Below, in pieces: positions 49,378-58,278 of a DNA stretch of 64,000 bases. Every line of letters begins with the position of its first letter. Position 1 is the stretch's first letter. The stretch spans positions 7,644 through 71,643 of the forward strand of contig JAAYSP010000072.1 of NCBI GenBank assembly GCA_012518355.1, given 5' to 3'. The position numbers were made by a program, and so were the translations under genes. The stretch is from a candidate division WS1 bacterium. GTDB taxonomy: Bacteria; Armatimonadota; Zipacnadia; Zipacnadales; UBA11051. The notes below the pieces were generated by a model. That model was not told the origin of the DNA. It saw nothing but the letters and a program-made list of their open reading frames with translations, and did not search any database.

Positions 49378-49512
49378 CTACGGCAACTCCTCATCGATAT
49401 GAACTGGTCTTCGCGTACGAAGTCAGTATTCCACTCCGAGACCGCCTTTCCCTGTCTGTTGCAGCTAATAAACCAGGATGTTTACCTATTGACCTTGCAT
49501 ACTGGTGGATTT

Positions 49513-51603
49513 ATGGGCTTACTTACGGCTTTTTGCGCCGCCTGGAGGCAAACCGTAAAACGGCGTGGAGGAATTATCCGTACTAAGGGCGAAGTGGCTC
49601 CTGCCGCAGCAAGTACCGTATTCCGTTGCATTGCTGGAGGACTTGGCGTGACGTCTCGCACTCTGCTTCTATCGGTTGTCCTGGCTCTGGCTGCGATAGC
49701 GTGGATGCACCAGGCCAGTTTGGTACAAACCCCCGGACAGATATATGCTCCGGTGTACCTTCTTTCGGTGCCTCCGGTGCCGGCGATTTTTTGTCTACTG
49801 CTACTGGTGATCTTGGCACCTGTGCTGCCTCGACTAAGTAGGAAGCTCAAAAGCTTCAGCAAACAAGAGATGCTGCTGATATATATGGTCCTCGTAGTCG
49901 CTGTTCCGCCGGTGACTTTCGGCGTCGTCTCCAGTATGCTTCCGGCAGCATCGGCAGCAAATTACTTTGCCGCCCCTGATAACAACTTCCAGGCACTGGC
50001 CGACAATCTGCCGAAGTGGTTCGCTCCTCAGAATCCAGAGATCATCCGCACCATGTATGAGGGCAGCCCGGATGGCACCATCCCCTGGCGGCAGTGGGCG
50101 TATCCTCTGGCGATGTGGACCGGTTTCATGGCTCTGCTTTATTTCACAGGTCTATGCCTGGTCACGATTTTCCGCAAGCAGTGGTCTGAAAACGAACGGC
50201 TTCGCTACCCACTGCTTTTCATACCTCTGAGCATCGTCGAGAAAGAGGCACCGGGAAGCCACACGCAGTTTTTTCGCAATTCGCTTGTGTGGATGGGGAT
50301 CGGCATCGTGGTACTTCACCACGCTCTAAACATAGCCAATGCCTATAACCCCGCAGTCATGGCACTGAAGGACCGCTACGGATTGGGTGCACAGATCTTC
50401 ACCGAGTACCCGTGGACCGCGTACCGAGGCATCACCTTTTTCCATAGACCACAGGTCATCGGTCTGGCCTACTTCGTCCCCCTCGACATACTCTTTTCCG
50501 GGTGGTTCTTCTTTCTCCTGCAGCCCACTCTGCGACTGATTTCCGACCTGTTCGGCTTCACTGCCTCGGCGGGTTTTCCCCACACCCTGCCGCAATCTGC
50601 GGGGGGCTACGCAGGCATGACCCTGATACTGTTCTGGGTAGCACGCCACGAAATCGTGAAAATGCTTCGCAAAGCTTTCGGAGGCGACCGCAGCATTGGC
50701 GATTCCAGTGAGCCGATGTCACACCGTGCTGCACTCATCGGAGCTCTGGGCGGTATGCTGGCGATAATCATATGGGTAAGCGCGATGGGAGCCAACTGGG
50801 CCCATGCTACAGCCTACTTTCTCATGGTCGTTGGCTTTGGCCTGGTATATGCTCGCATACGTGCAGAAGCTGGCATACCTACCATGTGGGGCTATTTTGG
50901 CGGCCATGTGCGTACGCTAAGATACTTCCTCGATGTACGACAAATCATGCCCCAGAGCTCTCTGTCCAACCTGGCTGTCCTGACGTCTTTCGACTGGCTG
51001 ACTGAGGGCTACTTTCCGGGCCAGTGGGGATATGTGGCAGAAAACCAGAAACTGGCTGAAGACATCAAAATCAAGCCTCGAATTATCGTGCCTGTGATGA
51101 TGGTTGCCTTCGTCCTGGGCTGTGTTTTTGCATACTACCTGATCCTGCAATCGTACTATACATACGGCGCCATGGTATTGCATGGCGGCACCACTCGCGG
51201 CGGATATGCGATTATCAACGCAGTGAACGCCTGGACTCAGGCGTCATCTATGGTAGACACTGGAGGTGCGCCCAACCGAGAGTACGCCATCGCCATGATT
51301 AGCGGTGCCGCTTTAACCGTTCTCCTGGTGCTGGGCAGATGGCGCTGGCTGCGGCTGCCCTTTCACCCCCTCGGGTATATCTCCTGCATCCAGTACGGGT
51401 ACTGTCTATGGGGGCCGTTTTTCGTGGTCTGGATCATCAAGGGCCTGGTGCACCGGCTGGGAGGGGCACGTCTCTATCGTCAATTGATGCCGTTTTTTCT
51501 CGGACTTGCATTTGGGGATCTACTGTGTGGTGGCATAACCTGGATTCTCATGGCGCTTTTGGGCCCTGATATCACAGCGGGTTACATGGTGCAGTTCGGA
51601 TAG
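49513..51603 (+). CDS. hypothetical large polytopic membrane protein (about 697 aa)
   Basis: Long hydrophobic ORF divergent from the ECF gene; start set at the internal ATG at 49513, because the ORF-track ATG at 49399 is only 21 bp from the divergent gene and is followed by rare codons. Confidence 0.55.
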   Translation: MGLLTAFCAAWRQTVKRRGGIIRTKGEVAPAAASTVFRCIAGGLGVTSRTLLLSVVLALAAIAWMHQASLVQTPGQIYAPVYLLSVPPVPAIFCLLLLVILAPVLPRLSRKLKSFSKQEMLLIYMVLVVAVPPVTFGVVSSMLPAASAANYFAAPDNNFQALADNLPKWFAPQNPEIIRTMYEGSPDGTIPWRQWAYPLAMWTGFMALLYFTGLCLVTIFRKQWSENERLRYPLLFIPLSIVEKEAPGSHTQFFRNSLVWMGIGIVVLHHALNIANAYNPAVMALKDRYGLGAQIFTEYPWTAYRGITFFHRPQVIGLAYFVPLDILFSGWFFFLLQPTLRLISDLFGFTASAGFPHTLPQSAGGYAGMTLILFWVARHEIVKMLRKAFGGDRSIGDSSEPMSHRAALIGALGGMLAIIIWVSAMGANWAHATAYFLMVVGFGLVYARIRAEAGIPTMWGYFGGHVRTLRYFLDVRQIMPQSSLSNLAVLTSFDWLTEGYFPGQWGYVAENQKLAEDIKIKPRIIVPVMMVAFVLGCVFAYYLILQSYYTYGAMVLHGGTTRGGYAIINAVNAWTQASSMVDTGGAPNREYAIAMISGAALTVLLVLGRWRWLRLPFHPLGYISCIQYGYCLWGPFFVVWIIKGLVHRLGGARLYRQLMPFFLGLAFGDLLCGGITWILMALLGPDITAGYMVQFG

Positions 51604-51867
51604 ACGGACGTCAGCACGTTGGGCGACGCCAGGTTGGCCGCCCCACATAGAGATTGCAGTCGGAGCTTTCCGAACATACCAGACTGTATGACGTACCTCT
51701 TACCCCGTTGTCTCTTCGGGGCTGCCAGGGTATCTGGAAGCGACGTCAGATGTCACACCGACCACGCAATCCGACTTGTGGCCGGATAGATGGCAGCTTT
51801 GGGGCTTGAGACACGCTTACCGAACGGGAAACTTACTTCTCTCAGATGGCCAGGGTGCAAACACGAA

Positions 51868-51903
51868 AAAGCCCTTCCCGTGGTATTACACGGGAAGGGC
51901 TTT
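51868..51903. terminator. palindromic intrinsic terminator (AAAGCCCTTCCCGTG-GTATTA-CACGGGAAGGGCTTT), with a U-tract on the reverse strand 3' of tRNA-Asp
   Basis: Perfect 15-bp inverted repeat; TTTTCGTGTTT follows on the reverse strand. Confidence 0.7.
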
Positions 51904-51912
51904 AGTATACGT

Positions 51913-51991
51913 TGGCGGGGCTGACGGGACTCGAACCCGCGACTTCCACCTTGACAGGGTGGCACTCTAAAACCGACTGAGCTACAGCCCC
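51913..51991 (-). tRNA. tRNA-Asp (anticodon GTC), CCA encoded
   Basis: Acceptor GGGGCTG/CAGCCCC, anticodon loop CTGTCAA, T-loop TTCGAGT; close to E. coli tRNA-Asp. Confidence 0.85.
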
Positions 51992-52054
51992 AGCGTCGCC
52001 GACAAAAAACACTTCCTCTTGCACAACAACTACGGTGCGTGTGGAAGCCTGTAC

Positions 52055-52083
52055 AGTCTACCATGCAAGCAACGAATTGTCAA
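52055..52083 (-). promoter_or_regulatory. promoter for tRNA-Asp: -35 TTGACA (52083-52078), 17-nt spacer, -10 TAGACT (52060-52055)
   Basis: Hexamers and spacing; about 55-nt leader before the tRNA 5' end. Confidence 0.45.
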
Positions 52084-52112
52084 CAATCAGATGCGCTGCA
52101 AGAAACAAAAGA

Positions 52113-52142
52113 CCCGCCGGGCCGTGGGAGAGACCCGGCGGG
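52113..52142 (-). terminator. 9-bp GC hairpin (CCCGCCGGG...CCCGGCGGG) followed on the reverse strand by TCTTTTGTTTCTT; candidate terminator of an unannotated reverse-strand transcript
   Basis: Inverted repeat plus T-rich tract. Confidence 0.35.
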
Positions 52143-52669
52143 CACCATCTCTTCCGCCCGTGCCTGCATCTGTAGCTACATCATATGGGCGGCAAGTGTC
52201 TGCTCTTAGCCTGGGCGCAAGTCAAGGGGGCGACCTTGAAGTTGCTAAGAACAGACCAGGGTAGTAGACTGCATGTGAAGCTATGTCTAAGATGCAAGCA
52301 TTGTTACTATACAACCCTGCACGCAGTATAGTGTAGCTTTAGGCTGCTGTCAAGTACAGTTTTCTACGATAGCATCACAGGAACCAATATGCTCATCAGG
52401 TAACATGGCGGCTGCTGTGCGTAGTTGAATGCAACAAAACTCGATGCATTCCAACCGCCAGTCATCGGCATTTGTGCCGAGAAAATCGGTGCTGGACATA
52501 TGGCTGCCACTTTACATGGATTTTCTACGGCTTTCCTGTTATACTTGCATATCAAGGAACTGCCTGGTCACACCTGTACGTTAGGGATAATGGCACGGGC
52601 TTGCTACTTTTCGTGTCTAACGTTCGAAGGCTGGGACATACTCTTCATACTGATGGGAGGTGTTGGATC

Positions 52670-53614
52670 ATAGGCCTGGCAATTGAGACGGAGAAGCTTA
52701 GTAAGATTTATACACATGACGCAAATGGTCAACCGGTCGGGCTGATAGATCTGTCACTTGTAGTAGAGGAAGGACAGATTTTCGGTTTGCTGGGGCCCAA
52801 CGGTTCCGGCAAGACCACAACGCTCAAACTGCTCCTCGGACTAATTTTTCCTACTGCGGGTAGAGGCCAGGTGTTTGGCCAGCCGCTGGGCAGTAACACC
52901 TACAAGCAGCGCATCGGTTTTCTGCCCGAGGGGCCCTACTTTTACGAGCATTTGAACGGTGTGGAGCTATTGCAGTTCTACGGCAGCCTGTTCGGCATGG
53001 GTGGCAGCGCACTGTCTGCACGCATCGAAGAGCTGCTCAAGCTGGTGGGCATGTGGGACCGGCGTTTTATCCGGGTTCGCGACTATTCTCGAGGCATGCG
53101 CCAGAGAATAGGAGTGGCCCAGGCGCTCATAAACGACCCCGACCTTCTGTTTCTCGATGAGCTCACATCAGGGCTCGATCCAATTGGCGTCGTCGACATG
53201 CACCACCTGCTAACGGATCTGCGAGACATGGGCAAGACCCTCTTTGTCTGCAGCCACCTGCTCAAGGACATGGAGCCACTTTGCGACCGAGTGATCATCC
53301 TCAACAGAGGCAAAGAATGTCGCACCGGTACGGTGGATGAACTGCTGCGAGTGGCTGACCAGGTACGCTTGGTCCTGTCCAACTGGTCTGATGAGCTGAA
53401 AACCCGGCTGGCGACCTCCGCAGCCGATTGTGAGGTGGCCGACAAACAACTGATCTGTCACTTCCAGGATCAGAGCCAGGCGTTGGCAGCCGCGACAATC
53501 GCCGTGGAGGCCGGCGCGGTCATCGAGGATCTTGGTGCCCGCCGCCGCACTCTCGAAGAAGTATTCATTGAAGCTGTGGGAGGCGAGGAACCATGCGACC
53601 AATCTTCAGAGTAG
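52670..53614 (+). CDS. ABC transporter ATP-binding protein (ABC-2 exporter type); start codon uncertain (non-ATG)
   Basis: Walker A GPNGSGKTT, signature, Walker B and H-loop motifs; no ATG/GTG/TTG near the expected N-terminus (AIETEKLSKIY); GGGAGGTG SD at 52655-52662 is followed by ATC/ATA/CTG candidates (an in-frame GTG at 52613 has no SD). Confidence 0.75.
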   Translation: MGLAIETEKLSKIYTHDANGQPVGLIDLSLVVEEGQIFGLLGPNGSGKTTTLKLLLGLIFPTAGRGQVFGQPLGSNTYKQRIGFLPEGPYFYEHLNGVELLQFYGSLFGMGGSALSARIEELLKLVGMWDRRFIRVRDYSRGMRQRIGVAQALINDPDLLFLDELTSGLDPIGVVDMHHLLTDLRDMGKTLFVCSHLLKDMEPLCDRVIILNRGKECRTGTVDELLRVADQVRLVLSNWSDELKTRLATSAADCEVADKQLICHFQDQSQALAAATIAVEAGAVIEDLGARRRTLEEVFIEAVGGEEPCDQSSE

Positions 53615-54405
53615 CTCGAGCCACCTTCCACGAAGCATGGCGACGCAGATTTCTTAACGGAATCCTGATTTTTGCCATCCTCATCATCGGCTCATCATGG
53701 GCTTTCGCATATCTACAGCCCGGAGCCGAACTGCAGATGGTAATTGACATTGGCCTCGGCTCCATCCGCTTTTTCGGAATGTTGATTGCGGTGTTCCTCG
53801 GAACCAGATTGGTGCCTGACGAGATTGAGCTACGCACGATTCACACCATATTGGCCAAGCCAGTCAGCCGTGCACAGTTTCTATTCGGCAAATATCTGGG
53901 TGGCGTAGGCACCTTGGCGGCTAACATGCTGCTGATGGGCGCCGCATTCTATGTGGTGTTCGCCATCAAGGCGCCGCAATTTCTTGCCGAGAAGCCGGAA
54001 GATGCGATGATTGTCGCAGCGATGTATTCCAACATCGCTAAGGCCATACTGCTGACTTTCTTTGAAGTCTTCCTAATACTAGGCATTGCTGTCGTTGCCG
54101 CGACGCTGTTCTCGTGGGTGCTGTCAGTGATCTTCACATTTGTCTTCTACTTCGTGGGCCATATGAGCGACTTTTTCCAGCAGCTCTCCGACCCGGAACG
54201 TGGCGCCTCGAAAATCGCCCAGATAGTCATGGGTGCGCTATACCGTATTCTGCCTCACTTCGAGATCTTCGATATCCGCGAGGCAATTCTAATGGGTACA
54301 TATACCCCCTGGTCGGTGATGTTCAAGACCATCGGCGAAGGTGTAGCGTATCTTGTAGTGGTATTACTTATCGGTTATCTCGTGTTCAACGAACGCGAGG
54401 TCTAA
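53593..54405 (+). CDS. ABC-2 family transporter permease
   Basis: 6-TM ABC-2 topology; ATG overlaps the ATPase gene end by 22 nt with a GGAGG SD. Confidence 0.8.
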   Translation: MRPIFRVARATFHEAWRRRFLNGILIFAILIIGSSWAFAYLQPGAELQMVIDIGLGSIRFFGMLIAVFLGTRLVPDEIELRTIHTILAKPVSRAQFLFGKYLGGVGTLAANMLLMGAAFYVVFAIKAPQFLAEKPEDAMIVAAMYSNIAKAILLTFFEVFLILGIAVVAATLFSWVLSVIFTFVFYFVGHMSDFFQQLSDPERGASKIAQIVMGALYRILPHFEIFDIREAILMGTYTPWSVMFKTIGEGVAYLVVVLLIGYLVFNEREV

Positions 54406-54423
54406 AAGGGGGGTCTGGCAGAC

Positions 54424-55473
54424 ATGAAGCTGTATCGAATTGTCGGTTGGCTACTGGCTATCGCCATGCTGTTTGCCATCCACCCGCTGGATCAAAGCTT
54501 GCAGTACGATCGCCTTGTTCTGGGGCTTCGTCAACCGACGCCGTGGTTTCAGATCGTCGCACGGGCATCTGGAGGCGACACAGAGCTCGCCGTTACCGGT
54601 GTGACTGGCGTGATAGTCGGAGCGGCCCTGGGTGGTTTCCGCGAGGTAGCCGCAAGCATGCTTTGGATGAAGACCCACGAATACTGGCACAAGGGACACG
54701 GTACACAGGCGAAGGCTCTCTGGCTGATGCGCTTGGTCACGCTGCTGGATCCACACTGGCTGGAGCCATGGCGCATCACTGCCTGGCACCTGGCCTACAA
54801 TCTATACGTAGAGACCGATGACCCTGCATTGCAGGCAAAATATCTGCAGATGGGCGTGGAATGCCTGAAAGAGGGCATCTCATGGAACCCCGATAGATAC
54901 GACCTCTATCTGGAGCTTGGTTGGACTCTCTTCGACAAGGTCAAAGACTATGAAGAGGCACCCAAATGGTTCCGTGCCGCTATGCGCTATCCGCATCCCG
55001 AGTATGTGGACCGTCTGGTAGGCCATGCGTATGAGCGCATGCCTGACATACCCCGTGCCCTCGATGCCTACGACTACTGCATGAAGCGCAACCCTCTTGA
55101 CCAGACTGCAGTAGGCGCTACGCTGACCATACGCGAACGGTACCTGCCGGCATGGGATCTGGCAGAGCAAGGGAGCTACGACGAAGCGTTGGACGCAATC
55201 AACGAATATCTATTGGCCCAGCCTACCAGCAGCCTTGGCCTACATGTCAAGGCTCATATTGCCGAACAGGCAGGGCAGTTGCGGCTGGCCTATGATACGT
55301 GGTCGCTTGCTGGCAACCTCTCAGCGCTGGACTTCCTGGCTCAACGAAAAGCTGTGGAGCTCGCTCAGAGACTGGGCATCCCGGTCGAAGAAACACCACA
55401 GCACATATACATGCAACGTACCGGGAAAGAGATGAAGGCAGGGAGTCCCGACCGTGACCGGTTGAGCCGTTAG
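54424..55473 (+). CDS. hypothetical membrane-anchored protein with TPR-like helical repeats, co-transcribed with the ABC-2 transporter
   Basis: N-terminal TM helix; 18-bp gap from the permease gene. Confidence 0.55.
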   Translation: MKLYRIVGWLLAIAMLFAIHPLDQSLQYDRLVLGLRQPTPWFQIVARASGGDTELAVTGVTGVIVGAALGGFREVAASMLWMKTHEYWHKGHGTQAKALWLMRLVTLLDPHWLEPWRITAWHLAYNLYVETDDPALQAKYLQMGVECLKEGISWNPDRYDLYLELGWTLFDKVKDYEEAPKWFRAAMRYPHPEYVDRLVGHAYERMPDIPRALDAYDYCMKRNPLDQTAVGATLTIRERYLPAWDLAEQGSYDEALDAINEYLLAQPTSSLGLHVKAHIAEQAGQLRLAYDTWSLAGNLSALDFLAQRKAVELAQRLGIPVEETPQHIYMQRTGKEMKAGSPDRDRLSR

Positions 55474-55512
55474 TAGACAGCATACTGAGATAGCTGAAAT
55501 ACTGAGCAGTGC

Positions 55513-55549
55513 AGATCACCGGGTTCAAATCCCGGTGATCTTGCTTTCT
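55513..55549 (+). terminator. intrinsic terminator; 11-bp stem AGATCACCGGG/CCCGGTGATCT with tRNA T-loop-like loop TTCAAAT, followed by TGCTTTCTG
   Basis: 40 nt after the stop of the 54424-55473 gene. Confidence 0.5.
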
Positions 55550-55738
55550 GGCCTCCAGTCACATGTTACAGCCTAGCATGGCAGAGTGTGGATAACAGAT
55601 GGTCGCTGCTGCCTATAGAGCAGTAATGACCAGGCCAGATTCGTACAGTTGCAGCAGTTCGCAGCGGTTGTAGCAGTGCGGTAAGGCTCACCCGCGATAT
55701 GTGCTGATATGGGGGCTTATGGGCAGTGCGTATATCTC

Positions 55739-57973
55739 TTAGGGCTCCGTACTACGCACTGGCAGGTCCCCACAAAGCCTACCGCGCAAGCGTGTGTAGC
55801 GCCGCGCCTCCTCCCCACGCCTCACCGCAGTCCATAGCCCCTTGTCATCGCCGATCACCACCGCCATCTTCTCGGCCCGTGTCAACGCGGTGTACAGCAG
55901 GTTGCGCTGAAGCATGATGTAGTGGGTGGAGTGGAATACCATCACGACCGCCGGATACTCGCTGCCCTGTGACTTGTGGACCGTTAATGCGTAGGCCAAT
56001 CGCAACTGATCGGCCTCGGAGAACTCATAGGAAACTCGCCCCTGATCGAACTCTACCACAAAAGTGCTGTTGCGAGGATCTATCTGGAGCATGCGGCCGA
56101 TGTCGCCGTTGTACACTTCCTTATCGTAGTTGTTGACGTTCTGCAACAGCCGATCTCCGCTGCGAAATATCTGATTGCCATGCCGAAGCTCAAACCCACC
56201 GGGCCTGGGCGGGTTCATCTTTTCCTGAAGTATACGATTGAGTTCGATGACTCCGGCAGGGCCTCTATGCATCGGCGTGATGACCTGGATATCATCACGC
56301 CGGAAGCCGAGACGCGGCAAAGCTAAGGTGACCACCTGGAGCACGGCGGCGGGTACCTCGTCCGCTCTCTGCCGGCTCATGAAGACCGTATCCTCACCGT
56401 TCCAATCACGGACTGGTGTGAATTCCGGAAACTGCCCTTCGCGGATGCGATGGGCGTTGTGGACGATGTCACCGCCCTCATCCTGCCGGAATATCCTTTG
56501 CAGACGTGCCACAGGCACCACTTCTGCGGCGACCAGATCGCGGAGAAACGAACCCGGCCCGACACTTGGCAACTGATCTGCATCGCCGATGAAAACCATC
56601 TTAGTGCCTGATTTGATCGCTGACACCAAATCGTTGGCTAAGAGTGCGTCCACCATGCTGGATTCGTCCACTATCAGTAGATCGGTCTGCAACGGCTCGT
56701 CCGCGTTGTGAGAGAACTCGTGAGTACGTGGGTCATAGACCAGAAGGCGATGAATCGTGCTGGCCGACTTTCCCGCCAGCTGCGACAGGCGCTTGGCCGC
56801 CCGCCCTGTCGGTGAACACAAGGACACATGCCAGCCCTGGCTGTCACAAGCATCGCAAATGGCACGTGTGACGGTGGTTTTGCCAGTGCCCGGACCGCCG
56901 GTGATGACCGATATCGGCCCCTGCAGGGCCATATGCACAGCCCGCAACTGTTCGGATGATAGCTCCGTCGCGCCCATCGTCACTCGTTGCCCCAGCCACT
57001 GTACGAGCGTATCATACTCGGGCGCTGAGGGGCTGGGCGAAGCGCTGAGAGCCAACAGCCTTGCCGCCAGGTTCTTTTCCGTACTAAGCATGCCGGGCAG
57101 ATAGTATGCGCTACAGCCCTCAAAATCCTCGCGCTGCAACTGTCTCTCGCGTAACACCTGGTCAAGCTGTAGTTCCACGGTCGCTTCGTCCAGCTTCAGC
57201 AAGCGACAAGTTTCTGCGAGCAGTGTGTCTGCAGGAAGAAAGAAATGCCCCTCATCACTTGCTCGTCGCAGAATATGCTTCAACCCTGCAGTGATGCGCG
57301 CAGGGTCCTCCAAAGCGATACCGGCAACTTGTGCGATACGGTCAGCGGTCAGAAATCCTATCCCGTAGACATCGTCTGCCAGCCGATACGGCTCCTGCTC
57401 GATCACACTCATGGAACGGGACCCGAAGTGCTGATATATGCGTGCGGCCAAAGCGGGCCCCAGCCCGTGCTGCTGAAGAAACACCATCACCCGATGTGCA
57501 TGCTCACTGGCTTTCCAGGCTTCACGCAAGGCGGCGGCTCGAGTGCGCCCGATGCCCTCGACTTCTCGGAGCCGTTCAGGTTCCCTGTCAAGCACATGCA
57601 GCGTCTGCTCACCAAATTTGTCCACCAGACGCTTTGCCATGACCGGACCGACACCATGCACAAGACCCGAGCTAAGATAGGCTGCGATAGCCTCGCGGGT
57701 GACCGGTCTGACAAGCTCATAGTGTTCAAATTCATACTGGCGGCCATACTTGCGGCTGTCCACCCATTGCCCATGGAGGCGCAGACTCTCACCATTTGTG
57801 AGCCCTAAAGTGTTGCCGACTGCTGTGAATTGCGTGCCTCCAGCTCCGATTACAAGGACAGTGTACCCGTTAGCGTCGTTATGATACACGATACGCTCTA
57901 CCGTGCCTTCTACTACCTGCCGCTGATCTGAAGCCGGTTCTGTACTAGACTTGTCGCGGTCAAACAGACGCAT
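55739..57973 (-). CDS. recD2: RecD2-type ATP-dependent DNA helicase (RecD/TraA family)
   Basis: N-terminal OB-like region; Walker A GGPGTGKTT; SF1B helicase motifs; start at the ATG at 57973. Confidence 0.85.
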   Translation of the reverse strand: MRLFDRDKSSTEPASDQRQVVEGTVERIVYHNDANGYTVLVIGAGGTQFTAVGNTLGLTNGESLRLHGQWVDSRKYGRQYEFEHYELVRPVTREAIAAYLSSGLVHGVGPVMAKRLVDKFGEQTLHVLDREPERLREVEGIGRTRAAALREAWKASEHAHRVMVFLQQHGLGPALAARIYQHFGSRSMSVIEQEPYRLADDVYGIGFLTADRIAQVAGIALEDPARITAGLKHILRRASDEGHFFLPADTLLAETCRLLKLDEATVELQLDQVLRERQLQREDFEGCSAYYLPGMLSTEKNLAARLLALSASPSPSAPEYDTLVQWLGQRVTMGATELSSEQLRAVHMALQGPISVITGGPGTGKTTVTRAICDACDSQGWHVSLCSPTGRAAKRLSQLAGKSASTIHRLLVYDPRTHEFSHNADEPLQTDLLIVDESSMVDALLANDLVSAIKSGTKMVFIGDADQLPSVGPGSFLRDLVAAEVVPVARLQRIFRQDEGGDIVHNAHRIREGQFPEFTPVRDWNGEDTVFMSRQRADEVPAAVLQVVTLALPRLGFRRDDIQVITPMHRGPAGVIELNRILQEKMNPPRPGGFELRHGNQIFRSGDRLLQNVNNYDKEVYNGDIGRMLQIDPRNSTFVVEFDQGRVSYEFSEADQLRLAYALTVHKSQGSEYPAVVMVFHSTHYIMLQRNLLYTALTRAEKMAVVIGDDKGLWTAVRRGEEARRYTRLRGRLCGDLPVRSTEP

Positions 57974-58278
57974 GATGCTCGAGGACTCCTGCAAGAGTTT
58001 TCCACAATTGCTCCACAACGCAAGCTGTGCGCTGTGGAAAAGCGGCTGTGCGTTAGATTTACTGCCTAGGTGCCACACTGCCAATCAGCGCTGGTAAACG
58101 GCATGATTTGCATCTACAGCTGCTGACATACTCCGCAACAGATACGTCTAGTTTTCCACATTTAGAGATGCTTGTCCACACTGGGACGCAGAATGCCCCT
58201 CTAACCGTCCTGAAAACGCTCCGGTATTCCGGTATTTATGTCACCGAAAGCAGGCGGTCAACTGTATGCAGCTACAGA

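Noticed and set aside
55511-55544. tRNA-like sequence (GCAGATCA-CCGGGTTCAAATCCCGG-TGATCTTGC)
   Set aside because: It has only an acceptor-like stem fused directly to a T-arm, with no D or anticodon arms. It is interpreted as a terminator hairpin with a T-loop-like loop, not a tRNA gene or pseudogene.
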